A stretch of DNA of 64,000 bases, from assembly GCA_963842085.1 (NCBI GenBank), contig CAWJET010000001.1, positions 1,280,001 to 1,344,000 on the forward strand, given 5' to 3'. Positions 30,227 through 40,246 of this stretch are shown in pieces (within the stretch, counting starts at the first letter, position 1; each line of letters opens with the position of its first letter). The notes beneath the pieces are model-generated. The model ran no database searches. It was not told the origin of the DNA and worked only from the letters and a program-made list of their open reading frames with translations. Source of the stretch: an uncultured delta proteobacterium. GTDB lineage: Bacteria; Desulfobacterota; Binatia; Binatales; Binataceae. The position numbers and the translations under genes were made by a program.

Positions 30227-31036
30227 GTGAGTCTTTACTCACCTCAGACTTCTGCAGCTCGTGTTGACCCGCCGGCGCAGCTTCCTTCGCGTGAGCGCTT
30301 GATCGTATGGGGCGGAATATTGGCGGTTACAGCTATCTCGTGGCTTATGCTGGCCCGGATGCCGATGCCGGCGTCCGGCATGAACGGCGGCCCGATGGCC
30401 GGGATGACCATGGATGCTGGAGCCGCGGTGTGGTCGCTTCGGGATGCGTGGCTCATCTTCGCGATGTGGACGGTTATGATGGCGGCGATGATGTTGCCGA
30501 GCGCGAGCCCAATGATCGAGATGTATGCGCGAATCGCGCGCGGCCAGAACGCTGAACGCGGCGGGCGCGCGTGGCTTTTTGCGTGCGGATATCTGAGCGC
30601 ATGGACGGGATTCAGCGCTGCGATAACCGTGGTGCAGTACGTTCTGGAACGTACCCGGATCGTCGCCGACTCGATGCGTATGGCGCCTTTTGCTGGCGGC
30701 TTGCTCCTGATTGCCACGGGCGTCTACCAGTTCACTCCTCTCAAGCAAGCGTGTCTGACGCAGTGCCGTTCACCGCTCGGCTTTTTCATGACTGCGTGGC
30801 GCTCCGGCACGCGCGGCGCGTTCGTAATGGGACTGAACCACGGCGCGTTCTGCATTGGATGTTGCTGGATGCTGATGGCGCTCTTGTTCGTGGCGGGTGC
30901 TATGAACCTTGCGTGGGCGGTAGCACTGACGATCTTTGTCCTGCTCGAGAAGGCAACGCCTTGGGGCCGCGTTGTTGCCCGGGCTTCCGGCGCAGTGATG
31001 GTCGCGTCGGGGATTGCACTGGCTGCCCTTGGCTGA
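30227..31036 (+). CDS. DUF2182 metal-binding membrane protein
   Basis: MWTVMMAAMMLPS, YQFTPLKQACL..C, CIGCCWMLM, LEK. Confidence 0.9.
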   Translation: MSLYSPQTSAARVDPPAQLPSRERLIVWGGILAVTAISWLMLARMPMPASGMNGGPMAGMTMDAGAAVWSLRDAWLIFAMWTVMMAAMMLPSASPMIEMYARIARGQNAERGGRAWLFACGYLSAWTGFSAAITVVQYVLERTRIVADSMRMAPFAGGLLLIATGVYQFTPLKQACLTQCRSPLGFFMTAWRSGTRGAFVMGLNHGAFCIGCCWMLMALLFVAGAMNLAWAVALTIFVLLEKATPWGRVVARASGAVMVASGIALAALG

Positions 31037-31258
31037 TTCGACTGATGCGGCCCGGGAAGGCGGCCGATGTTCTCCGCCCCGCCGGCCGAGGGAAGGTTCC
31101 GCATATCGCTGGACAAGCGGGCACCAACGAGAGTAGGCGATCATTCCGAGACCCGTGGCGCGAATGCAGGGTGAAACGCCTTCCGTCGCGAGCGGCAAAT
31201 CACTGATAGCCACCGCGAGTTGCAAAGCGCGGGCGGCGGTAAGGAACGAGAGGGGCGC

Positions 31259-31399
31259 ATGGCAGTCGAAACATCGCGCGACGAATTCTCAGAAGAAAGC
31301 CTTCCTCCTCCTACCGGTACTATCTTCATACTGGGAACCTACATGCTGGTGCTCGCCGTGGGGTGGGCCGTGATGTTCTGGATGCTGCTGGGCAGATAG
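31259..31399 (+). CDS. ba3-type oxidase small subunit IIa (46 aa)
   Basis: Hand translation ...PPPTGTIFILGTYMLVLAVGWAVMFWMLLGR; abuts subunit II. Confidence 0.75.
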   Translation: MAVETSRDEFSEESLPPPTGTIFILGTYMLVLAVGWAVMFWMLLGR

Positions 31400-31882
31400 A
31401 TGGAACGCTACGAGAAGGCCTTCCTCGCGGCATGCGCGGTAGTGCTGGTGATTTTCCTGTGCGCGCTTGGTTACAGCAGCGTCGAGCTGGGCGTGCATCT
31501 TCCTTCCCATAACGCCATGATTCATTACGAGGCCGGCCAGAAGCTTCGCAGGGTGCTGCGCAAAACGCCGCCGTTCGATCACATAGGAGTGCAGGAAATC
31601 GCGCCGGGCAAATATCAGGCGGTGGTAGTCGCGCAGACCTGGTCCTTCACTCCCGACGAGATCGACGTTCCGGCCGGCGCCGACGTGAGCTTCATCGCAA
31701 CCTCGGCTGACGTGATCCACGGATTTTTCATCCCCGGCACGCGAATCAACATGATGCTGATTCCCGGGCAGATTTCCGAATTCGACTATCGCTTCACCAA
31801 ACCCGGCGAATACCTGCTGATTTGCCACGAATACTGTGGCCGGCTGCATCACACGATGTCCGGAAAGGTGGTGGTCAAATGA
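31400..31882 (+). CDS. cbaB: ba3-type cytochrome c oxidase subunit II
   Basis: One TM helix; DVIHGF and CHEYCGRLHHTM CuA motif. Confidence 0.92.
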   Translation: MERYEKAFLAACAVVLVIFLCALGYSSVELGVHLPSHNAMIHYEAGQKLRRVLRKTPPFDHIGVQEIAPGKYQAVVVAQTWSFTPDEIDVPAGADVSFIATSADVIHGFFIPGTRINMMLIPGQISEFDYRFTKPGEYLLICHEYCGRLHHTMSGKVVVK

Positions 31883-33540
31883 GTACGGCTGTCGTCTCGG
31901 AGCCGTCCGGCTTCGCGCTACCGCAAAGCCAGTTGAACGTCATCAAATGGAATATCTATTTCGGATTCGCGGTGCTCGCGATCGGCGTCATCCTGGGGCT
32001 CGGCCAGGCGCTCGGCTATGCGCGAGTGAACGTCGTCCATTACTATCCGGTCGTAAAGTCCTATTACCAGGGGCTGACGATTCATGGCGTGCTTAACGCG
32101 CTGGTGCTCACGACGGCATTCGCCAACGGCTTTCTCGCGCTGACCACCGCGCGAGGACTCGGGCGCCAGCTCAATAGTGCGCTCCTTCATGCGGCGTTCT
32201 GGACACTTCTTGTCGGCTCGCTGATGGCGCTGTATGCGATGCTCGCCGGCAAGGCCTCGGTCCTGTACACCTTCTACCCGCCGCTGGAAGCCGACTGGAC
32301 GTTCTACCTCGGCCTCGCGTTGGTGGTGGTGAGCACGTGGCTCACCTCGGCGACTCAGCTGCTCGCACTACGCGGTTGGCGCAAGGATCATCCCGGCGAG
32401 CGAGTCCCCCTCCTCGCCTTCATGTCGATCGCGACCTACGTGATGTGGGATATCGCATCGGCCGGCCTGGCCATCGAGGTCGTGGTATTCCTGCTGCCAT
32501 GGTCGCTGGGTTTGTTTCCGGGCACCGATCCAATGCTGGATCGCACGCTGTTCTGGTTCACCGGCCATCCGATCGTGTACTTCTGGCTGCTGCCGATCTA
32601 CGTTTCGTGGTACGGACTGATTCCCAAGCAGACCGGCGGCGTGCTGTTCAGCGACACCTTGACGCGTGTGGCCTTCTTACTTTTTATCATGCTGATCCCG
32701 GTCGGCTTTCATCATCAGTTCGTCGACCCGGGAATATCGCAGGGACTGAAGTTCACCGTCGCGATCCTGACCTTCGCGATTTTCTTCCCGAGCCTGATGA
32801 CCGCGTTTTCGGTGATGTATGCGCTCGAGATCGCAGGCCGCCGTCACGGCGGTACCGGGCTCATCGGATGGTTTTTCAGGCTTCCATGGAGCGATCCCTC
32901 GGTCGCGGCGCAGGTGCTGGCGATGATCGCATTCCTGCTCGGCGGCATCTCCGGCCTGATGAACGCGAGCTACACCATGAACATGGAGATTCACAACACC
33001 ACGTTTATCCCGGGGCATTTTCATCTCACCATCGGCTGCGCGGTAGCCCTCTCCTACATGGGAATCGCCTACTGGCTGATACCGTATTTCGAGCGGCGCG
33101 AGCTATGGTCGCGGGGCCTCGCACTGTTCCAGGCGTTTTTGTACTTCTTCGGCGTGATGATCTTCTCGCGCGGCCTGATGGCGGGAGGCCTCGAGGGAAT
33201 GCCGCGGCGTACCGACATGGCGCATGCCACCTACGGCCTCGCAGCGTGGAAGATTCCGGGGATCATGGCGGGCGTCGGCGGTTCGCTTATGTTCACGAGC
33301 GCAATGCTATTTTTTTTCATCCTTGTGATGACGATAGTTGCCGGCAAAAGGACCGCGCCGGGCGACCTTCCGTTTACCGCGACGGTCCATGCGCCATCGA
33401 CCTTCGGATGGCAGCCGCGGCTTGATCACCTTAGCTACTTTGTTCTCGCTTCGGTCATCCTGGTAGCTGCGGTCTATGGTCCCTTCGTCCTCGGACACTT
33501 GCCACCCCGCCTCACAGCCGCGGGCCTGCTCTATCCCTAG
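31879..33540 (+). CDS. cbaA: ba3-type (B family) heme-copper oxidase subunit I
   Basis: YYQGLTIHG, FWFTGHPIVYFWLLP, GFHHQF, GHFHLT, GMPRR. Confidence 0.93.
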   Translation: MSTAVVSEPSGFALPQSQLNVIKWNIYFGFAVLAIGVILGLGQALGYARVNVVHYYPVVKSYYQGLTIHGVLNALVLTTAFANGFLALTTARGLGRQLNSALLHAAFWTLLVGSLMALYAMLAGKASVLYTFYPPLEADWTFYLGLALVVVSTWLTSATQLLALRGWRKDHPGERVPLLAFMSIATYVMWDIASAGLAIEVVVFLLPWSLGLFPGTDPMLDRTLFWFTGHPIVYFWLLPIYVSWYGLIPKQTGGVLFSDTLTRVAFLLFIMLIPVGFHHQFVDPGISQGLKFTVAILTFAIFFPSLMTAFSVMYALEIAGRRHGGTGLIGWFFRLPWSDPSVAAQVLAMIAFLLGGISGLMNASYTMNMEIHNTTFIPGHFHLTIGCAVALSYMGIAYWLIPYFERRELWSRGLALFQAFLYFFGVMIFSRGLMAGGLEGMPRRTDMAHATYGLAAWKIPGIMAGVGGSLMFTSAMLFFFILVMTIVAGKRTAPGDLPFTATVHAPSTFGWQPRLDHLSYFVLASVILVAAVYGPFVLGHLPPRLTAAGLLYP

Positions 33541-33758
33541 ATAGCGCTGCCCTCCGACAGCGATGAAAAATCCAGAGTCTTGAGACACACCTCCGCAGCG
33601 TCGGCGGCCCACTCGCGCTGTTAACCAACTGTCTCCTTCGGCATCGCCGAAATTAGGAGATGTATCGAAAAGCGCCAACTATGGCGACGAATTTTATTCC
33701 ATGAGTGGCTCCTTCTGGAATTCTGCGCTTCTCCAATCTTTTGCGACCTGATCTGAGC

Positions 33759-33774
33759 TGGCACGGGTGATGCG
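33759..33774 (+). promoter_or_regulatory. Sigma54 -24/-12 promoter
   Basis: TGGCACGGGTGATGCG. Confidence 0.65.
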
Positions 33775-33827
33775 TGATTACGGCTGGCGTAATTGGGCTG
33801 CAACAAGGCCGCAACGAGGAGGAGACA

Positions 33828-34769
33828 ATGCGCAGATCAACTAAGCTGACAGTACTGGCGATGGGACTTGCGATCTCATTGGCCGCCGCGCGACCGATAA
33901 TAGCGGCCGGCGACGATCCTGCGGGCGGGGCGAAGGTCAGACGGGTGTCGCAGCAGGAGCTACAACTGAGGATCGACCAGCTCGGCGAACAGAATCGAAC
34001 GCTGGAAATCCAGAATCACGCAATCCAGGAACAGCTAAATGTCCAGAAGCAGCAAATCGACAGCTTGATGCATCAGATGCAAGCGACAGCACAACCCGTC
34101 GCAACTCTTCAGCAGCAAGTGCCACAGATCCAGCAAGAGTTGAGCGATGTTGCCACGAAACAGAAATCGGTGCCGCTCGAGGTCGGCTTCCGCACGGGTT
34201 GGTCCGAATCGCCATATGGAATGCCGGGAGGTTTCTACTACGCTGCGTTCCTCAACCATCGCTTGTTGTCGCATGAGGACGGAATCCCCGGCGGATTCCT
34301 GGCGGGCGAGATGCTGGTGGGATGGACGCAGGGTAACCATGCGAACACGACTGCAAATCTCCTCAGCAGGGTCGCGCCGTCGACCGGCGCGGTGAGCACT
34401 TGGATGTACACGCTCTCGCTGCAACCGACCGTCCAATACCATCTCGAGCCGGCGCTTTTGGGAATGGAGTCGTTGGCCGCGTTCAAGCCATACGCGCTGG
34501 CCGGACCAGCGATGTACATCAATATCCTGAGCACTCCGGTTTTGGGGGCAAAGGGCAATCCGGGAGCGGGTTATCGCCACTATGACGCCGACCCTCAGGG
34601 CGGTGGCGTGTGGGGGTTGGGCTTCGAGCTGGGCTTGTCCGCGCTCAAGGTCGCGCCGATCCAGGGGCTGCTCGACAAATCATTCGTTGGAGGGGAGTGG
34701 CGCTTTAACGAATACGGAAACGGCCAGGGTTACAACCAGTACACTGGTTCGGTTTCCTTCGGATGGTAA
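33828..34769 (+). CDS. Exported protein: coiled coil plus probable outer-membrane beta-barrel
   Basis: GGAGG RBS, signal peptide, Gln-rich heptads, C-terminal YTGSVSFGW. Confidence 0.7.
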   Translation: MRRSTKLTVLAMGLAISLAAARPIIAAGDDPAGGAKVRRVSQQELQLRIDQLGEQNRTLEIQNHAIQEQLNVQKQQIDSLMHQMQATAQPVATLQQQVPQIQQELSDVATKQKSVPLEVGFRTGWSESPYGMPGGFYYAAFLNHRLLSHEDGIPGGFLAGEMLVGWTQGNHANTTANLLSRVAPSTGAVSTWMYTLSLQPTVQYHLEPALLGMESLAAFKPYALAGPAMYINILSTPVLGAKGNPGAGYRHYDADPQGGGVWGLGFELGLSALKVAPIQGLLDKSFVGGEWRFNEYGNGQGYNQYTGSVSFGW

Positions 34770-34871
34770 CTCGAATTGCGCCCGGCGGGACCGCCGTGTG
34801 GCCGTCGGGCGCAATGACTTCGTCGGCGGCACGATCGCGCCTTTGGGGCCTTTTCGCAAGTAGTGCCGTGC

Positions 34872-36404
34872 TTATGCCGCGCGGTGCGCCGCGTCATCTC
34901 CAATTGCAGAAAGCTCGGCCATTCTGGACTCCCGTCGCGCTTCGAGGTGATACAGCCTCGGATTCGCGTGTAGCGTCTGCCACCAGTAGCGGATCGTGCT
35001 GCCCGACCAGTTGTTGGTAATGCGCCCGGCTTCGTTCTTGTACCAACTCTTGCCGGTGAAAGCCCAAACTCTCTGCTGCAGCTCTTTTTGCTGGCTGGCG
35101 TCGAACTCATCCATCGCCTCGCGCCGCAGATCGATGGCGGAAGAGCCGCTCTCGTCCAGCCGTTTCAGACAGTCGAGGATGTAATTCGTCTGGCATTCGA
35201 TCATGAAGATGATTGAGTTGTGCCCGAGATTTGTGTTCGGCCCGTACATCAGGAACAGATTCGGGAATCCCGCGACGCTGATGCCGAGGTAGGCCCGCGC
35301 GCCGCCCGCCCATTCATCTTGCAGGAGGCGTCCGCCGCGCCCATGAATCGCCATCGGCGCCAGAAATGCCGTCGATTCAAACCCGGTCGCATAAATCAAA
35401 ACGTCTACCGGGATGGTACGTCCATCTTTGGTGGCAACGGCGTTTTCATCGAGATGGTCGATGCCGCTGGTTACGACCTCGACGTTTTCGCGATTGAGCG
35501 CCGGGTAATAGTCGTCGGAAATGAGGATGCGTTTGCCGCCGATTGGATAGTCGGGAATCAACGCCGCTTGGAGTTTCGGGTCTTTGACCGTCGTCCGCAT
35601 ATAACTCTCGGCAAGCTTTTCCATCCGCCGCGAGAGAAACGAACTTCTGCGGAACAGAGGCCAGTTAATCTCGTGCTGGAAATAGATCAGCCAGCGGTAG
35701 AGCCGCGTCAGCACGGGATTTCGCGCAAACCGGCGCTTCTGCTCGTCGGTGTACGCGAAGTCGGTCCTCGGCACCATCCAGTTCGCACTGCGCTGGAAGA
35801 CATAAACTCTGGCGGCCTTGGACGCGATCTGCGGGATGAACTGGATCGCACTGGCGGCATTGCCGACTACGCCGACAGTCTTGCCGGTCAGATCGATCTC
35901 GTGGCGCCATCGCGCCGAATGGAACGACACCTCTTGGAAATTCTCGGCGCCGCGAAACTTCGGGATGCTGGGCCGGTTCAACTGGCCGACGCCGGTCACC
36001 AACACCTCGGCCAGCACTTCTTCGCCCTTGGTGGTACGGATTCGCCACACGCACGCATCTTCGTCCCAACTGGCGCCGGCTATCTCAGTGCCGAAGCGGA
36101 TGTGCCTAACGAGGTCGTACTTTTTGGCGCACTGCTCCATGTACTCCAGGATCTCCGATTGCGGCGCCCACTTCCGCGACCAGTCCGTCTTCTGCTCGAA
36201 CGACAAGCAGTAGGAAAACGACGGTACGTCGCAGGCTGCCCCCGGGTAGCTGTTGTCGCGCCACGTGCCGCCAAGCCGATCGGATTTTTCGAAGATGGTG
36301 AAGGAGTCGACTCCCAGTCTTTTGAGTTGGATGCCAAGGCAAAGCCCCGAGAAGCCCGCTCCGATGATCGCAATCCGGCGTGTTCCGCGAGAATTCAGAG
36401 GCAT
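34872..36404 (-). CDS. Flavin monooxygenase (BVMO-like)
   Basis: IIGAGFSG, GGTW..N.YPG..CD, FHSARW, ATGF. Confidence 0.93.
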   Translation of the reverse strand: MPLNSRGTRRIAIIGAGFSGLCLGIQLKRLGVDSFTIFEKSDRLGGTWRDNSYPGAACDVPSFSYCLSFEQKTDWSRKWAPQSEILEYMEQCAKKYDLVRHIRFGTEIAGASWDEDACVWRIRTTKGEEVLAEVLVTGVGQLNRPSIPKFRGAENFQEVSFHSARWRHEIDLTGKTVGVVGNAASAIQFIPQIASKAARVYVFQRSANWMVPRTDFAYTDEQKRRFARNPVLTRLYRWLIYFQHEINWPLFRRSSFLSRRMEKLAESYMRTTVKDPKLQAALIPDYPIGGKRILISDDYYPALNRENVEVVTSGIDHLDENAVATKDGRTIPVDVLIYATGFESTAFLAPMAIHGRGGRLLQDEWAGGARAYLGISVAGFPNLFLMYGPNTNLGHNSIIFMIECQTNYILDCLKRLDESGSSAIDLRREAMDEFDASQQKELQQRVWAFTGKSWYKNEAGRITNNWSGSTIRYWWQTLHANPRLYHLEARRESRMAELSAIGDDAAHRAA

Positions 36405-36602
36405 TGTGCAACCCTCCTGGCGTGGCTCTCGATCGCTTCTAGAATCGATGCGACGGGATTTGATCATCGATCCATTCTTCGGCGTCTGCTGCCCGCGCGA
36501 AATCGACGTTTTGCTTGCGCTCGCGCCAGAAGACTTCCCATCGCCCGGTCTCAGAATTTCGTTTGATCGAATATCCCTGGTACTCGCGAACGCTATCTCC
36601 AT

Positions 36603-36642
36603 TTGTGTCACTGGGCATCGTCTTGTGTCACTGGTCATAGTC
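36603..36642. repeat. Imperfect 20-bp tandem repeat
   Basis: TTGTGTCACTGGGCATCGTC / TTGTGTCACTGGTCATAGTC. Confidence 0.7.
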
Positions 36643-36928
36643 TACGTCTACTCCTGTTGTCTTGAGAAGGTGCACCGCCGCAGTATGGCGCAGTCTAAAT
36701 CGGCATGATCCTTGAACCTTGAAGCTCGAGGTTCCGCGGAAATGCGGACTTGCGGGGGGAAAGTGTTTCTATTCGCAACACGTGTATCCATAGGCACCAA
36801 TTTTGGCATGCGAATCTGCCCTCCGCACGAAGAGAAACGACCGGACCGGCTTCACTTTCACCAATCTCGACAGGGCACATTCCCTGCATGATAGCGCGGC
36901 AGACCGGGCATGCGAGTCGAGTCATAGA

Positions 36929-37504
36929 TTGAAATCGGATCTCACGCCCGGCACCAGGGATTTCGACCGGCTTATCACAGTGATGAGTTTCTATCGTGAA
37001 GCCGAGTTGCACGGTGCCCGACTGCTTTTGGTGATGCACAATCATCTGCGCGACTCGGACTCGCAGATAAAGCTCACGCGCCATCTTGCCGACGAGACCC
37101 GCCACGCATTTCTGTGGACGAAAAGAATCTCCGAAATGGGCGGGGCACCGATCGCGATCACCAACGGCTACCAGCATCGGCTTGGTCTGCGAGTCGGGGT
37201 GCCCAAGGACACGATCGATCTTCTGGCGCTCACCTCAGTGGCCGAGACCCGGGCGCTCGAGCGTTATCGAAGTCACGCGCAGCAAGAGGGCGTCGATGAC
37301 AAGACCCTGGAAGTTTTGAGGGCTGTTAGCGCGGATGAGAAATGGCATCTGGCGTGGGTGGACGCGAAGATGCACGAGATCGCGGAGCGTCGCGGCGACG
37401 CAGGACGGGCGACTCGCGCAGTGGAGAGAGTGCGCGCTATCGAGCGCGAGGTTTATGCGACTTTCATTGCCGAAGAGGCCGAGCTGATGCGCGCGGCGGA
37501 TTAA
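36929..37504 (+). CDS. Ferritin-like diiron protein
   Basis: EAE...DETRH...AETRA...DEKWH; start uncertain. Confidence 0.8.
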   Translation: MKSDLTPGTRDFDRLITVMSFYREAELHGARLLLVMHNHLRDSDSQIKLTRHLADETRHAFLWTKRISEMGGAPIAITNGYQHRLGLRVGVPKDTIDLLALTSVAETRALERYRSHAQQEGVDDKTLEVLRAVSADEKWHLAWVDAKMHEIAERRGDAGRATRAVERVRAIEREVYATFIAEEAELMRAAD

Positions 37505-37881
37505 TGACTCACGCAGGAGTGACAGAAGGATGTTGCTCGCGTGACCAGCGGGCGCGCCGCAAACGCGCCGCCGAATGCGGCAGCCGGTACAGCAAAATGA
37601 AAAAGCAGGTTGTGCGTCCGAGGTTCCCGGCGTATCGAGCCTAATGTGCCTCGGTTGTTCGGCGCAGCCTGCTTCCTGGATCTCCGTTTAACACGCCAGC
37701 CTCCAAAAAGATACCTGTGGCTCGCATCCGCGGCCATTCGTTTAGCGCCAACTGTGTGAGCACGGGCAGAGATTGCCGGACGCATCTGAATTAACAAATC
37801 TGTAACGTTGCCAGGATTTCCCCCAGGGTCGCGCAGGTGCTCTGCTGGTTATGAGCAGATGCAATCGAAGCGGCACGTCGA

Positions 37882-39783
37882 TTGCACGTTCTCTTGGCCG
37901 TCGTGAAAAATGAAGTATCATTGTCCGCAGCGGGGGCCGATTCGTTCGAAGCGCTGATCTCGCGCCTTCGTGAAATCCATCGCTCGCTGATCAAGCACGA
38001 GGGTGATCTTCGCGAGCGCGCATCGGCCGTCCATCCCGCGTACCGAAAGAGCGCGATCAATTTGATCCATTATCTGGCGCTTAGACGCGAGGATGTTCGG
38101 ACACTCCAGGACGAACTGGCGGCTCTTGGCCTCTCCTCGCTCGGCAGGACCGAAGCGCACGTGATGAGCACGCTCAACGCCGTGCTAGTCGCTCTCCATC
38201 ACATGGCAGGTCGGAAGATTGAAGTTCAGGCGCCGTCGGAATCTCCAGGCTTTCGCGAGGGCAGATCGTTGCTCGCGGCACACACCGAGGCGCTCCTCGG
38301 TCCCGCACCGAAGCATCGCGGCGTCCGCATCATGGTGACGATGTCGACCGAGGCAGCAGACGATTATTCGTTGGTCCGCGAACTGGTTTCCCACGGAATG
38401 AACTGCATGAGGATAAACTGCGCGCATGATACTCCGGAGGTCTGGGGCCGGATGATCGATCATCTGGAACGCGCGCGGCAGGAATTGGGTTTGCCCTGCC
38501 GTCTGCTGATGGACATCGCTGGGCCGAAGCTCCGAACCGGAGCGATAGAACCGGGGCCTCGGGTGGTCGTATGGCATCCCCGGCGCGACAGTTTTGGACG
38601 CGTGACTGCGCCCGCGCGAATTTGGCTTGAGCCAGCGGAAAGAAGACACTCTGTTCCGGCGGGCGCTGACGCAGCATTGCCCGTCTCAGCGCAATGGCTT
38701 GCGGAGGTGAGACCCGGAGAACGCGTTCACTTCAAAGATGCGCGCGGGAAGCGGCGGCTTCTCGAAGTGGCCGGCGGCGACGAGACCGGGCGTTGGGCGC
38801 ACTCCAGCCAGACCGCGTACTTGACTCCGGGAATAGTTTTGCTGCGCGACGACGCAGGCAGCGGCGCAAGGCGCGAAACGCAGGTAGCAGATTTGCCGCC
38901 GCGCGAGCAAGGAATCCTGCTTCACAAAGGCGACTTCCTGCTGCTCACCGCCGAACCCGTCGTCGGCAAAGGCCCTTCCATCGATTCGAACGGACGCACG
39001 CTAAGTCCCGCGATTATTTCGTGCACGCTGCCCGAGGTTTTCCCGGCGGTTCGCGTGGATCAGAAGATTTGGTTCGACGACGGCAAGATTGGCGGAATCG
39101 TGCGGGAAGCCGCGGCTGACGCGCTTCGCATCGAGATTACCCAGGCCAAGCCCAACGGCGACCGCCTCGGCGCCGACAAGGGAATTAATCTGCCCGATAC
39201 GAGCATTGGCCTGCCCGCGCTTACGCCGAAAGATCTCGAAGACCTCGAGTTTATCGTTCGACACGCGGATTTGGTCGGGATGTCATTCGTGCGGCACGAG
39301 CGCGACATCCTTCAACTTCAATCGCGACTGCGCGAGTTTGATGGCGGTGGTGTCGGAATTGTGCTGAAAATCGAGACGCGCCAGGCCTTCGAGCATTTGC
39401 CCAGCCTGATGCTCGCCGCGATGCGGCAGCATCCGGTGGGAATAATGATCGCGCGGGGAGATCTGGCGGTAGAGTGCGGCTACGAACGGCTGGCGGAAGT
39501 TCAGGAGGAAATTCTATGGATCTGCGAGGCGGCGCATCTGCCCGTCATCTGGGCCACCCAGGTCCTCGAGTCACTCGCCAAAAAAGGCCAAGCTTCTCGC
39601 GCCGAGATCACTGACGCGGCGATGGGGGAACGTGCGGAGTGCGTGATGCTGAATAAGGGACCTCACATCGTCGCCGCGGTCAGCGCACTCGACGACATCC
39701 TGCGCCGGATGCAGGACCACCAGTCCAAGAAGTCGTCGCGCCTGCGCCCGCTACATTTGAGTGCGACGCGCGAATCGGAGTAA
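37882..39783 (+). CDS. pyk: Pyruvate kinase, long form
   Basis: RINCAH, DIAGPKLRTG, LKIET, ARGDLAVE, WATQVLE. Confidence 0.93.
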   Translation: MHVLLAVVKNEVSLSAAGADSFEALISRLREIHRSLIKHEGDLRERASAVHPAYRKSAINLIHYLALRREDVRTLQDELAALGLSSLGRTEAHVMSTLNAVLVALHHMAGRKIEVQAPSESPGFREGRSLLAAHTEALLGPAPKHRGVRIMVTMSTEAADDYSLVRELVSHGMNCMRINCAHDTPEVWGRMIDHLERARQELGLPCRLLMDIAGPKLRTGAIEPGPRVVVWHPRRDSFGRVTAPARIWLEPAERRHSVPAGADAALPVSAQWLAEVRPGERVHFKDARGKRRLLEVAGGDETGRWAHSSQTAYLTPGIVLLRDDAGSGARRETQVADLPPREQGILLHKGDFLLLTAEPVVGKGPSIDSNGRTLSPAIISCTLPEVFPAVRVDQKIWFDDGKIGGIVREAAADALRIEITQAKPNGDRLGADKGINLPDTSIGLPALTPKDLEDLEFIVRHADLVGMSFVRHERDILQLQSRLREFDGGGVGIVLKIETRQAFEHLPSLMLAAMRQHPVGIMIARGDLAVECGYERLAEVQEEILWICEAAHLPVIWATQVLESLAKKGQASRAEITDAAMGERAECVMLNKGPHIVAAVSALDDILRRMQDHQSKKSSRLRPLHLSATRESE

Positions 39784-39814
39784 TTGTAGATTTCGCCCGG
39801 CTCATCAGGTTGCA

Positions 39815-40219
39815 ATGAACGCGCTCTTCAAATCAATTCTATGCCCGATAGATTTGGATGAGTTGTACCTCGATGCTCTCGAACTCAGCAAAAACCTGGC
39901 GCAGCAAAACAATGCGCAACTCTATGTGCTCAACGTCATGTCCGAGTTCGATTCGGAACATGGCTGGTCGGCCGGTAGTAGAATCAGCCTGAAAGAGCAG
40001 GCGCGCACGGCGCTGCTAGGCAAGGTTCGCTATGAGTTCGTGATCCGCACCGGCGAAGTCGTCCACGAAATACTGGCGGCTACTCGAGTATTAGAGGCCG
40101 ACCTGGTCGTCATTCCAACCCATGGGCGACGCGGTCTGAGAAGCCTGGTGCTGGGAAGCGTGGCTGAGCGGATTGTTCGCGAATCGCCCGTACCCGTGCT
40201 GACGCTCAGAGCGCCGTAA
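39815..40219 (+). CDS. Universal stress protein
   Basis: ILCPID, THGRRG...LGSVAERIVRESPVPVL. Confidence 0.92.
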   Translation: MNALFKSILCPIDLDELYLDALELSKNLAQQNNAQLYVLNVMSEFDSEHGWSAGSRISLKEQARTALLGKVRYEFVIRTGEVVHEILAATRVLEADLVVIPTHGRRGLRSLVLGSVAERIVRESPVPVLTLRAP

Positions 40220-40246
40220 AAGGGTGCAAGTGATCCGGCGGCGCAA

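Noticed and set aside
36790-36810. Sigma54 box AGGCACCAATTTTGGCA
   Set aside because: GG-to-GC spacing is 11, not 10
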